Shown here piece after piece: positions 10,260-19,364 of a stretch of 64,000 nucleotides of DNA (position 1 is its first letter; every line of letters begins with the position of its first letter). Below the pieces are notes generated by a model. That model had not been told where the DNA came from and did no database searches. It was given only the letters and a program-made list of their open reading frames with translations. Source of the DNA: a virus. Location: IMG/VR virus record IMGVR_UViG_3300027904_000006; one strand, 5' to 3'. A program made the translations under genes and the position numbers.

Positions 10260-10496
10260 CTAAACGATAAGCCAGTTTACTATACTAATGTCAGGATTTG
10301 TTTTAAGCCGAAGAAGGTCGTCGTATGCGGAATCGTAATAGTCAATCTTTGTTTTTATGTTTTGCGAGTTCGTAATAATCTCTATTACACCGTTTGGCAA
10401 TTTTACCGCAACAACAAGCCATCGGATGTTTGACGCCCCAACCGCGCCTACGTTTTCAAGAAATCTGTCTTTAAGCATCTTTTCTCCTTCTGGCAA
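10260..10496 (-). CDS. Hypothetical phage protein, low-GC insertion in the neck module
   Basis: 78 aa; VKLPNGVIEIITN...KIDYYDSAYD; AT-richer than its neighbours. Confidence 0.6.
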   Translation of the reverse strand: MPEGEKMLKDRFLENVGAVGASNIRWLVVAVKLPNGVIEIITNSQNIKTKIDYYDSAYDDLLRLKTNPDISIVNWLIV

Positions 10497-10502
10497 ATTA
10501 GA

Positions 10503-10931
10503 TTATCTGTACGGACGGCTGTAAATCGCCTTAATGTTAGGCATAGCCCGTTCGATTACCCGTTCCTTGTATGGCCTTGGGGCCATCTTGCTCGTGCCGC
10601 CCTCAAGCAGTTCGCCAAGGTTGTACCTGCCAACCATGACGTCGCTTTCAATCATAGCGACAACGCTGTCCCCGTCTGTACTAACGCGTGGCGTCCATGA
10701 CATCCTGAAGATACCTGTCCGGACGGCGGGCGGCTCGCCAGGCGCGGACGCGGTGTATGTACGGCCAGTGCCCGGTACCCGGTATGTCCTGCCGGTACGT
10801 GTGCCGCGCAGTACATACAAAGCGGATGTGCGCAGTTCGTTCGCGGCCTGGTAAGCGCGGGCCTGTATTTCATGCCGGACGGCTTCCACCGTTACGTTTA
10901 CCGCATTCGCGACAATTCTGGTGGCACTCAT
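10503..10931 (-). CDS. HK97 gp10-like tail-component/neck protein
   Basis: SAPGEPPAVRTG, LEGGTSKMAPRPY motifs. Confidence 0.8.
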   Translation of the reverse strand: MSATRIVANAVNVTVEAVRHEIQARAYQAANELRTSALYVLRGTRTGRTYRVPGTGRTYTASAPGEPPAVRTGIFRMSWTPRVSTDGDSVVAMIESDVMVGRYNLGELLEGGTSKMAPRPYKERVIERAMPNIKAIYSRPYR

Positions 10932-11338
10932 TCCAAGCTCGTCCTTTCCTCGCAGTAAAAGATATTCCAGTGGCCTATGTCGCCAACGTTGTAGGGTAGG
11001 GCTTGGTTGTAGAAACGCCTTACACGCTGTTCATATTGGGCCGCGGCTTGTGAACCAAATACGGGTTGCAGTTCATATTCGAACACGTCGCCGGACAGTA
11101 TTTTGAACGGCGGGATATATTGCATGATTATCTTATGGGTAATCGGATGTTCAAGCTGTTTCCAGCGTTCTTTTTCCTCCGGCTTGGCCTCCGCCAGTAT
11201 CGCCGTTATCTGCCCTATCCTTGTTTCGCTGTCCCGGAGGACGCGCCCCAACTCCGTACCGCGCCGCAAGGGGCGGTACACGGTGAACACGCGCTGCTCC
11301 ATGCCTGGCAGTAACATTACATTGCCGGTGAACATCAC
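10928..11338 (-). CDS. Head closure / head-tail joining protein
   Basis: 136 aa; EKERWKQLEHPITHKII; overlaps both neighbours by 4 nt. Confidence 0.65.
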   Translation of the reverse strand: MMFTGNVMLLPGMEQRVFTVYRPLRRGTELGRVLRDSETRIGQITAILAEAKPEEKERWKQLEHPITHKIIMQYIPPFKILSGDVFEYELQPVFGSQAAAQYEQRVRRFYNQALPYNVGDIGHWNIFYCEERTSLE

Positions 11339-11802
11339 GTCACCATCTTCCTGAACGGGCCTGGCGAATTTAGGTTAGCCACATACGGGTTGTAGTTGAT
11401 TTTCGCCCTGATATTCTCCTGCATCCCCGTATGGAAATACGGCGGCTTTTCCATTGCCCGCGCGTTCATGGTAGGCAGGCCGACGCTTGCCAATATCTGC
11501 TTGCGTATCATTTCGTACAGGTCTTTCCAGTGCTTTGCCCGTTCGCCCAAAGCGTAGCTTAACACGTCGACCTTGGTGTCCACCTGGTACGAAAGCTTGA
11601 AAAGGATAGCCTCAAGCACATAAAGTTTAGCGAATAGCCACGCCTTTCTCTCCGGTTTCAGGCCATACAGGATGCTTTCGTATTCCTCGTCCGCGAGGGC
11701 GCTGGTCGTAGCGCCCCCGTCGACATATGTATCGCCCAATTCAAAGCGCATTTGGTCTTTGCCACGTTCCTTAATCTTTTCAGGATCGTAGGTATAGGTC
11801 AC
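11335..11802 (-). CDS. Head-tail adaptor protein
   Basis: TYTYDP...KDQMRFELGDT...LADEEY motif, located after the capsid gene. Confidence 0.7.
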   Translation of the reverse strand: MTYTYDPEKIKERGKDQMRFELGDTYVDGGATTSALADEEYESILYGLKPERKAWLFAKLYVLEAILFKLSYQVDTKVDVLSYALGERAKHWKDLYEMIRKQILASVGLPTMNARAMEKPPYFHTGMQENIRAKINYNPYVANLNSPGPFRKMVT

Positions 11803-11824
11803 AGCCTTACCTCCAATCTATCGT

Positions 11825-12034
11825 TTATGGCCCCGTCGCTGGCGGGGCAGTAGGCGCCGGTTGTGGCAACGTATCAGGGTCAATACGCGCAACCCTCCCA
11901 AATGTTATCATCCGGCCGATGGTCGCCAGGTTGATGACTTCGTTCGGTATTATTTCCCCGACTTCATAGTCCCTGTCGAACCTGACCGGCTTTGCGGCAA
12001 CATAGTAATAATCCACATTAACCCCTCCGAACAC
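11825..12034 (-). CDS. Small post-capsid protein
   Basis: 69 aa; YVAAKPVRFDRDYEVGEIIP. Confidence 0.55.
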   Translation of the reverse strand: MFGGVNVDYYYVAAKPVRFDRDYEVGEIIPNEVINLATIGRMITFGRVARIDPDTLPQPAPTAPPATGP

Positions 12035-12046
12035 GATCGTGTTTGT

Positions 12047-13093
12047 TTATACTACGAAATCAGGGCTAACGGCGTTTTCAAGGAACACCCCAAGGTCTTT
12101 GCACGTAACCTGCGGGTCTGTGCAGACAAGGCCCTCGATAAACTCCGTATGAGTCGGCGGCTCGCCAAGGTACTGCTGAACGGCTGTGTACATGCCGTTG
12201 CCAAGCATATCCCAGGTGAACGTGTAGCCAGCGCTCGGCTCCTCGATGGACGGGGCGTTAGTCGTATAGGTCAGAAGCAGCGAATTCGGGTCGCATATGA
12301 ACCTAAGCTGTTCCGGCAGGCCCACAGGCGCGTCGTTGACTATGCTTTCGGCCACGATGATTTCGTCCATCTTGAAAAGCTGCGCAAGCACGTTCGCGGT
12401 CACGTCAGCCGGGTTGGCCTCGCTGCCCTGGTACTTGATACGCTCAAGGATGGAGGCGTTTGTTTGAAGCGCCGCGAACACGTTGACGCCCATTGCCATC
12501 TTGTTCGGGCGGCGCATCCCGGAAATCAGCATTTTGATGGACAGCGCGTTGAAGAAGCGGACGGGGTCGGAATTCTCGTTGTCAAAGAAATAGAACTCGT
12601 TCGCGGCAGGCACGGCGCTTGTCCCTGTTAGCACGTTAGTCCACGCGGCCGGCCTGAAGTACATGTCGGCCCACATGACGTCCTGATGGATCAGCATTTG
12701 TTCCGCGATAAAGCGGGCCTTGGAACGGCGCGGGTCGATGACCGCCGGCGCGCCCGCGCGCTGGAAGTCAAGCGTGGAAATCTGGTCGATTCCGGTTATG
12801 ACCTGGTATACTTCACAGTGGTAGAAGTGGTCGCGCTTGCCGTAAATCGCGGGCGCTACATGGCCGTACTCCGGCTTGCGCCTCACGTTGTCGCGGGCAA
12901 GGTCGCCGCGGTCAAACTCGTAAAACCTGGATGAAGACAGAACGACCGGCACAAGCGGGAACATGCGGGTCGCGACAAAGCCCGCCGAGTTCTGGAAATA
13001 CGCCAGGCAGAGGTTTGTCAGGTAAATATGCGGCTGGAAAACGGCTTTCTTGATGTTTACCGCCACTTGTTCAGGCGTTAAATTATTAGACAT
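12047..13093 (-). CDS. Major capsid protein
   Basis: 348 aa; YLTNLCLAYFQN, FVATRMFPLVPV, NASILERIKY, EEPSAGYTFTW; follows scaffold and decoration genes. Confidence 0.88.
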   Translation of the reverse strand: MSNNLTPEQVAVNIKKAVFQPHIYLTNLCLAYFQNSAGFVATRMFPLVPVVLSSSRFYEFDRGDLARDNVRRKPEYGHVAPAIYGKRDHFYHCEVYQVITGIDQISTLDFQRAGAPAVIDPRRSKARFIAEQMLIHQDVMWADMYFRPAAWTNVLTGTSAVPAANEFYFFDNENSDPVRFFNALSIKMLISGMRRPNKMAMGVNVFAALQTNASILERIKYQGSEANPADVTANVLAQLFKMDEIIVAESIVNDAPVGLPEQLRFICDPNSLLLTYTTNAPSIEEPSAGYTFTWDMLGNGMYTAVQQYLGEPPTHTEFIEGLVCTDPQVTCKDLGVFLENAVSPDFVV

Positions 13094-13131
13094 TGTTTAT
13101 CCTCCTGTTCACACTTGGGATGATTATCCCC

Positions 13132-13554
13132 TTAAAGCCCAAAGCCGGTTCTGGTTATCTGGCAATGTACGCATTCGCCAGGCATGGAATGGGTAAAGGC
13201 CCAGCCAAAAATAAAATCATCGGCAATGGCTTTCCTTCCTAAACCACCCGCGGTGATTGTGATTGGGTCGCCTTTAAGCAATTCCTCGCTTGTCAGAAGC
13301 AGCCCGATGTATTTGATTAATATTTCCACCCGTTCCCCGGCGTAAATGGGGTCGAGTGACGGGCTTAAAATCAGCCCGATAGCCGTTTCGCCGGTTTCGG
13401 CCAGTACAATGTTTCCGTCCGCGTCATAGGCTACCGCCTTATGCGCGGGTTCTGCGATGTCGGCTGCGGCGTTCTCCGTAATGGTTGCGCTTTCGTTGAT
13501 GAAAGCGTTAAGGAATACGTGTTCGCCGATAGCGGGGCGTCCTCCGATTGCCAT
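13132..13554 (-). CDS. Capsid decoration/cement protein
   Basis: 140 aa, small beta-rich protein between scaffold and capsid genes (GETAIGLIL, LLKGDPITITAGG). Confidence 0.7.
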   Translation of the reverse strand: MAIGGRPAIGEHVFLNAFINESATITENAAADIAEPAHKAVAYDADGNIVLAETGETAIGLILSPSLDPIYAGERVEILIKYIGLLLTSEELLKGDPITITAGGLGRKAIADDFIFGWAFTHSMPGECVHCQITRTGFGL

Positions 13555-13556
13555 AA

Positions 13557-14789
13557 TTATTTGCCTCCCATGTATTCTTTATCGTATTGCGCGGCCAGTT
13601 CGGGGTTGTCCTCGAAAGCCTTGATAAGCGCCTGGGCCGTGGTCATCGCCGCGTTGTTCTTCTTAACGTCGGCTACAGCCATATTGACTCTGTCGTTGAT
13701 GTCACCGCTGCCGCTTGTGTTCTTGCCGAATTCCTTAAACAGCCCGCTTTTCTCGACCGTTGCCAAATGCTCGTCAAGCAGCGCCACATAGTCGTCGTAA
13801 GCCGTGCCTCCGGCTTTCTTGAGGTCATACAGCTTCGCGGCCAGCTCGTCGGATTTCTTGCCGATAATCTCGTATTTCTTCGCGAACCCGGTAAGCTGCT
13901 CCATTTCGACGCGCTTCCTGAGCGTTTCCAGTTCGTCTTTTTGCTTCGCGATTTCAGCCGCCTGCGCCTTTTTGATTTCCTCGAATTCGGCCAGGGCTTT
14001 CTTCACGTCCGGATGGATATCCGGCACGGCGGCGGGAGCAGGCGCGAACCCAATCGGGTTGGCAGGATCGTTTTTCAGGCCGTACCTCTTTTCAAAGTCG
14101 GCCAACTGCGCCTGTTCTTCCGGTGTCATCTTGCTTTTGTCAAACTTCATATCCATTTCCTCCTTTGGCGGGATATCAATCCCCTTATCAACGGGCTTGG
14201 ACACGACCGTATCACCGGTCGGGTTCGGCCCGGTTGTATCGTTCTTAGGAATACCGCTGTCGTTCGCCGAATTAGCGGGATTATCTGCCGGATTAGCAGA
14301 ATCGAACCCGATCGGGTTCACGATCGTGTCGGCGGTTAGTCCCTTCCAGAACGCTTCAAACGCTGTCTGGGTCTTGGCGTTCGGCCCCTTGGGGACAATC
14401 GTCCCCTTCTTGCTGATGTCTTTTTCAAGGCATTTGCCGACGCACCAGCCCGGCACGGAGGCCCTAATCGTTTCCGCAAACTCGTCGAACGATTTAAACA
14501 TCATGTCGCGCTTTGCCGTTTCGTCTAAATCCTCGTCAAAAAGGATTGACGCCAGGCTATCCGAGAACATGTAGGTGAAGTCGAACATTTCACGCGCGAC
14601 TTTATGAAGTATCTCCATTTGAACGCCGTCATTGAACGTCATGGCGTCCTTTGCCACGCCGCCATTATCCTTTTTGTCCCGCTTAAACAGCCGGACATGA
14701 GCCAGCGGGTTGGCCCCGTTGTCTACCAGGTCTACGCTGGTCAGTTTCAGGTTTTTAAGCTTGTTCGCCAGATTTGTCACCCCTTTCAT
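13557..14789 (-). CDS. Scaffold / prohead maturation protein
   Basis: N-terminal LKNLKLTSVDLVDNGANP..VRLFK; charged coiled-coil C-terminus ending FKEFGK. Confidence 0.7.
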   Translation of the reverse strand: MKGVTNLANKLKNLKLTSVDLVDNGANPLAHVRLFKRDKKDNGGVAKDAMTFNDGVQMEILHKVAREMFDFTYMFSDSLASILFDEDLDETAKRDMMFKSFDEFAETIRASVPGWCVGKCLEKDISKKGTIVPKGPNAKTQTAFEAFWKGLTADTIVNPIGFDSANPADNPANSANDSGIPKNDTTGPNPTGDTVVSKPVDKGIDIPPKEEMDMKFDKSKMTPEEQAQLADFEKRYGLKNDPANPIGFAPAPAAVPDIHPDVKKALAEFEEIKKAQAAEIAKQKDELETLRKRVEMEQLTGFAKKYEIIGKKSDELAAKLYDLKKAGGTAYDDYVALLDEHLATVEKSGLFKEFGKNTSGSGDINDRVNMAVADVKKNNAAMTTAQALIKAFEDNPELAAQYDKEYMGGK

Positions 14790-14795
14790 AGTGCG

Positions 14796-15011
14796 TTACG
14801 GCGCGGTAATCGTGACGGTCTTCTCGCCAGATACCCCACTGCCGTCGTTAGCGGTAGCGACAACCTTTACAGAACCTACAGCGACCGACGTAACTAGGCC
14901 GGTATCGTCAACCGTCGCGTCGCCGTCGATTTGCACGATAGACCACGTTACGCTGGGGTCTGTCGCGTCAGACGGCGCTACATCCGCCGTGTATTGGGCT
15001 TGGTTTGCCAT
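14796..15011 (-). CDS. Ig-like (Big_2) domain lacking its first beta-strand
   Basis: QYTADVAPSDATDPSVTWSI...ATVDDTGLVTSVAVGSVKVVATANDGSGVSGEKTVTIT; own RBS TAAGGATG. Confidence 0.8.
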   Translation of the reverse strand: MANQAQYTADVAPSDATDPSVTWSIVQIDGDATVDDTGLVTSVAVGSVKVVATANDGSGVSGEKTVTITAP

Positions 15012-15026
15012 ACGGACACATCCTTA

Positions 15027-15242
15027 TCAGTTTTTGTATATTTCATTGGCGCCATTAACCGAAATCGACTGGACTGGGTTTGGTTTCTTTTCTTGAATAA
15101 TAAGCAGGCTGGTATACCATAAGCCTGATATCTTCACACGTTTGACTGATACATTTTCAATCAATGTTTCCCAATATTTAGCAAGCACTCTATCCCCCCA
15201 CAGTATAAAAAACCTTAAATCAGGTGTTATTGTCATCATCAA
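15027..15242 (-). CDS. Small protein ending in an Ig first strand (PVQSISVNG)
   Basis: 71 aa; in frame with the 14796-15011 ORF but separated from it by TGA TAA. Confidence 0.55.
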   Translation of the reverse strand: MMMTITPDLRFFILWGDRVLAKYWETLIENVSVKRVKISGLWYTSLLIIQEKKPNPVQSISVNGANEIYKN

Positions 15243-15504
15243 TGCCGTCGCCTATTTCCATGAGCGCCCTCGCCGCGCCGTCTGGGCTTGCGGACAGGCC
15301 GCCGTCATAGCGTTTCAACATGGCCTGCAAAACAAGCATGTGGTTTGCCTCGTCCTGCTGGATTTCCTGAATGGCGTAGATATCGGCTGAGGAAAGGTCT
15401 TCGCATACATAAAGCATTTCTTCATAGTCCTGCCGCGCTTTGGCCTCGCCTTTAAGCTGCTTCAGGATAGCGGAAGCCGTCCCATGGCTTATTTTACCGT
15501 TCAT
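15220..15504 (-). CDS. Small helical protein, possibly ferritin-like (ExxH)
   Basis: GEAKARQDYEE...EIQQDEANHMLVL; ATG at 15504. Confidence 0.5.
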   Translation of the reverse strand: MNGKISHGTASAILKQLKGEAKARQDYEEMLYVCEDLSSADIYAIQEIQQDEANHMLVLQAMLKRYDGGLSASPDGAARALMEIGDGIDDDNNT

Positions 15505-15537
15505 AAAATGCCCTCGATTCAAAATAAAAACACCTCA

Positions 15538-15606
15538 ACACAATCGTGTTCACAACCGCGTCCACATGGAACGCGATTGTGGACACGATTGTGAACACGA
15601 TTGTGT
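15538..15606. repeat. Cluster of five 12-bp ACACGATTGTG-type motifs in inverted arrangement
   Basis: Copies at 15538 and 15550 (reverse strand) and at 15571, 15583, 15595 (forward); intergenic. Confidence 0.85.
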
Positions 15607-15644
15607 TGTCAGGTGCCTTTTTGTGGTTTACGCTGGCCCGGGTA

Positions 15645-15920
15645 TTATGTTGTCAGACTGTCAGCGCCGTTAACTGTGATTGACTGTACGGGAGTAGGCG
15701 GTACGGTGATCGTGATTGTTTTTTCGCCGGATACCCCGCTGCCGTCGTTAGCCGTCGCGACAACTTTTACTGAGCCTACAGCGACCGCGGTAACTAAACC
15801 GGATTGGTCAACTGTCGCGTCGCCGTCGATTTTTACGATTGACCATGTTACGCTGGGGTCTGTCGCGTTTGACGGCTGTACATCCACTGTGTATTGGGCT
15901 TGGTTTGCCAATATAAGCAC
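15645..15920 (-). CDS. Ig-like (Big_2) domain lacking strand A, with a C-terminal extra strand A (PVQSITVNG)
   Basis: Close paralog of 14796-15011 plus the tail PPTPVQSITVNGADSLTT. Confidence 0.8.
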   Translation of the reverse strand: MLILANQAQYTVDVQPSNATDPSVTWSIVKIDGDATVDQSGLVTAVAVGSVKVVATANDGSGVSGEKTITITVPPTPVQSITVNGADSLTT

Positions 15921-15936
15921 ATCCTTATATAAAATT

Positions 15937-15956
15937 TAAAGCCCTTGCGGGCTTTA
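15937..15956 (-). terminator. Hairpin overlapping the stop of the collagen-like gene
   Basis: Minus-strand AAAGCCC-GCAA-GGGCTTT followed by an A/U-rich tract. Confidence 0.55.
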
Positions 15957-16403
15957 TTGCAAATTAATTACATCCGGGCCGCTAACTGTAATTGAGTTTA
16001 CGGTAGTAAATTGCGCCGGGGATGGGTTAGGCCAGAAGTAGATATTATTCTCGTTTCCCGGCAATAGGCTCCAGGCTATCGCGGTGGCTTTGTCGGGCGC
16101 CTCAACCAGAAGCACGGATTGGCCGTTCTGTCCAGGGGGGCCTTGTATTCCGGGCGCGCCATCCTGGCCGGGCGTACCGGGCGCGCCGTCTTTGCCGGGT
16201 TGGCCGTCTTGACCCGGAGGCCCTTGTATCCCAGGTTGTCCGTTCTGCCCGTTCTGCCCCGGAGGGCCTTGCTGGCCGGGAGGCCCCTGCTGGCCGGGAG
16301 GCCCTGGTTGTCCTGGCGGCCCGGGCGGCCCTTGTATCGCGCCCTGGCCCAAGGCTACGCTGTTCGTGTAGCTTTTCGCAAGGGCAAGCGTTATAACGTC
16401 CAT
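15954..16403 (-). CDS. Collagen-like (Gly-X-Y) head fibre protein ending in an Ig first strand
   Basis: [14 protein letters not shown]-terminus; GPPGQ/GQNG/GAPG triplets; C-terminus [17 protein letters not shown]. Confidence 0.8.
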   Translation of the reverse strand: MDVITLALAKSYTNSVALGQGAIQGPPGPPGQPGPPGQQGPPGQQGPPGQNGQNGQPGIQGPPGQDGQPGKDGAPGTPGQDGAPGIQGPPGQNGQSVLLVEAPDKATAIAWSLLPGNENNIYFWPNPSPAQFTTVNSITVSGPDVINLQ

Positions 16404-16416
16404 CTAATCATCCCTT

Positions 16417-16911
16417 TCATAGCTGCGGTATGCCAAGGGCCGCCAGGCTTATCCACGGCTTTAACGTCCCGTTTGCGAACATGGTCTGATAATCGGCGAA
16501 CGTCAGCGCGGTTGTGGTGTTATCGAAAATGCTTATCCCCAAATACCCAGTACCGGCAGGGAAATTCGATATATAGCCATTTGGTATTTCGCCGATATTA
16601 TGAAAAAAGACCTGGCTGTTATTGAATGTCCGCAAGATGAACCTAAAACTGTCCCTTGGCCCGTTTGCGTTAAAATATAAGCGCATATCTGGGATTTTCC
16701 AAAGGTTTATCAGCCTTATCCTCGAAACGAATACGCCTTTGTCGCCGCCAGTGCCGTAATGCCCGCTTTCCCAGTCGTTTATGTTGGTGGATATCAGATT
16801 GGACGGCGGCGTCTCGTATACTATTTTCCCCCTGATAGCCGCGCCGCCTAATTCTTTCCCCCGCGCGACCGCGCCCTGGTTTTCCAGTACAGCCCCGTTT
16901 TGAACCATCAT
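16417..16911 (-). CDS. Hypothetical beta-rich virion/fibre-associated protein
   Basis: 164 aa; NLISTNINDWESG, RIRLINL, YLGISI. Confidence 0.55.
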   Translation of the reverse strand: MMVQNGAVLENQGAVARGKELGGAAIRGKIVYETPPSNLISTNINDWESGHYGTGGDKGVFVSRIRLINLWKIPDMRLYFNANGPRDSFRFILRTFNNSQVFFHNIGEIPNGYISNFPAGTGYLGISIFDNTTTALTFADYQTMFANGTLKPWISLAALGIPQL

Positions 16912-16928
16912 ATGGTTGGTTGGCCCCC

Positions 16929-17120
16929 TTACTGCAAGATCCAGGTCTGCGTTTCGCCGTCAAACATGTACAAAGCTTTCGTGTCCATCTCGTAAAAGAT
17001 AGAGCCGTTCCTGTTGGGTGGCAGTATAGGCTTAATATCGCTTGACTTGCCCATGTATTCTTCAACTACGGTAGTGAACACGCCAAACCTGCGCCAATCG
17101 GCTTTAATCAAACTAAACAC
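16929..17120 (-). CDS. Small conserved phage protein
   Basis: 63 aa; KP...NGSIFYEMDTKALYMFDGETQTW. Confidence 0.65.
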   Translation of the reverse strand: MFSLIKADWRRFGVFTTVVEEYMGKSSDIKPILPPNRNGSIFYEMDTKALYMFDGETQTWILQ

Positions 17121-17131
17121 CCTATCACCCC

Positions 17132-17527
17132 TTAACCGGATTCGGCCGGTATACGGTCGCCCGTGCCTTCAATGGAGAACATCGTATAATCCCCGTCCTT
17201 TATTTTCTGCCAGACATCGTCGTCTGTTATCTGGAAGCCAAGCCACCAGCCTTCCGGCAATATCCCGTCCGGTATGCCCATTGCGGCGGCCTTTTCCTTG
17301 GTAAAGACCGCGCTTTCGATTAACTCCCCGACGCCGCCGCGCTCGTGCATTTCGCCAGCAATGGCGTAATCCTTTGCGAAAGCGTATGCGGCTTTTTCGA
17401 GTTCGTCTATTTCGATAATGTCCTCCTGCCAATCAACAACTGTCCCACCGTCAACCCGCGCGGCCACGGAGGCCCAGCCGAACACCTGGCGTTTGTCGTC
17501 GTCGGACTTAATCACTTTGAAACTCAA
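17132..17527 (-). CDS. XkdF-like putative prohead protease domain protein
   Basis: KSDDDKRQVFGWASV, DWQEDII, GEMHE, ESAVFT, WWLGFQITDDDVWQKIKDGDYTMFSIEG. Confidence 0.85.
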   Translation of the reverse strand: MSFKVIKSDDDKRQVFGWASVAARVDGGTVVDWQEDIIEIDELEKAAYAFAKDYAIAGEMHERGGVGELIESAVFTKEKAAAMGIPDGILPEGWWLGFQITDDDVWQKIKDGDYTMFSIEGTGDRIPAESG

Positions 17528-17537
17528 TCAATCACCT

Positions 17538-17738
17538 TCATTTCGGAAAACTCAGCCATTCCTCGTATTCCTTATGAACCCATTGCGGGGCGTCAAGCTT
17601 AATGCCGATAAAATCAAAATCCCCGTAGTAGGGGATAGGCTTGCCAGTTTTCTCGTCAATCATGACCTCATCAGTACGCGGGTCTAATTCGTACTTTCGC
17701 GCGAATACGGCATATCCTTCCTTAACGAACCGTGGCAA
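17538..17738 (-). CDS. Small protein directly downstream of the MuF gene (possible immunity partner)
   Basis: 66 aa, starts 5 nt after the MuF stop; role inferred from position only. Confidence 0.5.
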   Translation of the reverse strand: MPRFVKEGYAVFARKYELDPRTDEVMIDEKTGKPIPYYGDFDFIGIKLDAPQWVHKEYEEWLSFPK

Positions 17739-17743
17739 TGCGG

Positions 17744-19360
17744 CTATTGTCTTAATCGTGTCATGACCTCCTCAACTATTTTGAGGCTTGATACATCGGC
17801 ATTATCCCTGTTTCTTTTTACATCGCTAAAAGCCTCGGCTATAGTTTCGCTTGAATTGTTTTTCGCGTATTTGGATATCCCGCTTAACTTCAATTCCATC
17901 AAGCGTTCTTCGGATTTATTCCTGTTGTAGTACCCAAGAAGTTCCTCATCGGTATCGCTGTCCCCGTCAGGGCCAAGATATTTCCTGAACGCCTTAATCC
18001 TTTCCGCGTCAGTATACCTCGACTCGTCCAAAGCGGCTTTAACTAACTGGTCAGCGTAAGTATCGTTATTGAATACTTCGTGCGCCACGCGCAAATCCGG
18101 GTATTCCCGCCTAATCAGTTCAGCGGTCAGGACGTGGCCCGCTTCATGTGAGCCGATATCCCGCCAGGTAGTACCTTCGGCAAAGCTTGACTGGTTATAG
18201 GTGTACCAAGAATTGAGCCTGTCGACGTCCTCAAAATCCGAACCTAAGAGTAAGGATATCCCCCTTTCGTCAAGCTCGACCCCTGCCGGGGTACCCATCC
18301 CGGTGTATTCTATGTTGTCAATAATCCCCCTTAATTCCGGACTGCTGTCAAATACTTTATCCATTTCCTCAAGTATCCCTCTAACCGCGGTTTCATCCGT
18401 TCCGGCCAGTTGAATGTTGTCGACGCCCCAACCTTCAAGGTATTCGGGGGTAGGTTCAGGCGTTTCTTCCGTCGCCAGGTCTTGAATATCCGGGCCTTGC
18501 GGTATTACAGGCTCGGCTACTTGATTATACGCAACCGCGCACCGGCAGCTTGGGTGCGCCGGGGGCAACAACACGCCGATGGAGAACATGGCGTCCATAT
18601 TGACCGTTTCGCCTTCTATACTTCCGCAGGTAGGGCAAACCCTTTCATCGTCGGCGGTCAACCAGGTTTTGGCGCAATCGCCGATAAAGCCCTGCAACCG
18701 CGCGTCCCTTGTCCCGCCGTATGAACCCTGGTTGTAGGCGTACGCAAGCTCTGTCCGCGCTATATTCTGGGCGCGGTATCTATGCTGCCGTCCAGCGTAT
18801 TTCGCCGCGGCTTCACGCGCCCTGGACTCCGCGCGGGCCTGGGTCATCCCCGCTTCCAAGAACGCGTCCAACTGCCCGGCGTAATAATTCAAGTTGGCCG
18901 TAGCTTGCGGCCTGGTCAGCCCGATAACCGGGCGTATCGCCCTTGCCAGGCTGTCGACGCTTAGGTTGTTATGATATGCGGCATGATATGTCATCGCCCG
19001 GATAGCGTTACGCTGTTCAGCCGTCATGTTCGTGACAAGCTCCGCCCCGCGCCGCTGGATGAACTCGCCCATCGCGCTCGTGAAAGGGTTATATATCGCC
19101 GTATCGGTATTGGCCGCGCCAGCCGTGAACGCCCTAGCCCATGCCGGCGCAAGCCTCTCGTTTACGAATTTCGCGTAATCCCGCTGCCATTTCTCAAGCT
19201 GCTGTACGGTTAACTGGCCGGACAGGATTGCTTCGCGTAGCTCGGCGTATGTTATTGAATTCTGTTGCCGGTTCCATACGGAAACCAGCCAATTCATAAG
19301 CTGCGGTTCCTCGGCGTCAAGGAATGAGCGCAGCCTAATCAGAATATCGGAATCAGCCAT
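17744..19360 (-). CDS. MuF (SPP1 gp7-like) minor head protein with C-terminal HExxH domain
   Basis: RYRAQNIARTE, KTWLTADDERVCPTCG, PPAHPSCRC; C-terminal DIGSHEAGH...SKYAK...ETIAEAF. Start moved to ATG 19360 to avoid overlap with the portal gene. Confidence 0.85.
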   Translation of the reverse strand: MADSDILIRLRSFLDAEEPQLMNWLVSVWNRQQNSITYAELREAILSGQLTVQQLEKWQRDYAKFVNERLAPAWARAFTAGAANTDTAIYNPFTSAMGEFIQRRGAELVTNMTAEQRNAIRAMTYHAAYHNNLSVDSLARAIRPVIGLTRPQATANLNYYAGQLDAFLEAGMTQARAESRAREAAAKYAGRQHRYRAQNIARTELAYAYNQGSYGGTRDARLQGFIGDCAKTWLTADDERVCPTCGSIEGETVNMDAMFSIGVLLPPAHPSCRCAVAYNQVAEPVIPQGPDIQDLATEETPEPTPEYLEGWGVDNIQLAGTDETAVRGILEEMDKVFDSSPELRGIIDNIEYTGMGTPAGVELDERGISLLLGSDFEDVDRLNSWYTYNQSSFAEGTTWRDIGSHEAGHVLTAELIRREYPDLRVAHEVFNNDTYADQLVKAALDESRYTDAERIKAFRKYLGPDGDSDTDEELLGYYNRNKSEERLMELKLSGISKYAKNNSSETIAEAFSDVKRNRDNADVSSLKIVEEVMTRLRQ

Positions 19361-19364
19361 GACT

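Noticed and set aside
2439-14574. Long plus-strand ORFs opposite the structural genes (e.g. 2439-3227, 11861-12631, 13587-14339)
   Set aside because: Antisense shadows of GC-rich minus-strand genes, with no recognisable motifs or RBS.
16130-16345. GC-rich tandem repeat as a non-coding element
   Set aside because: Fully explained by Gly-X-Y codons of the collagen-like protein.
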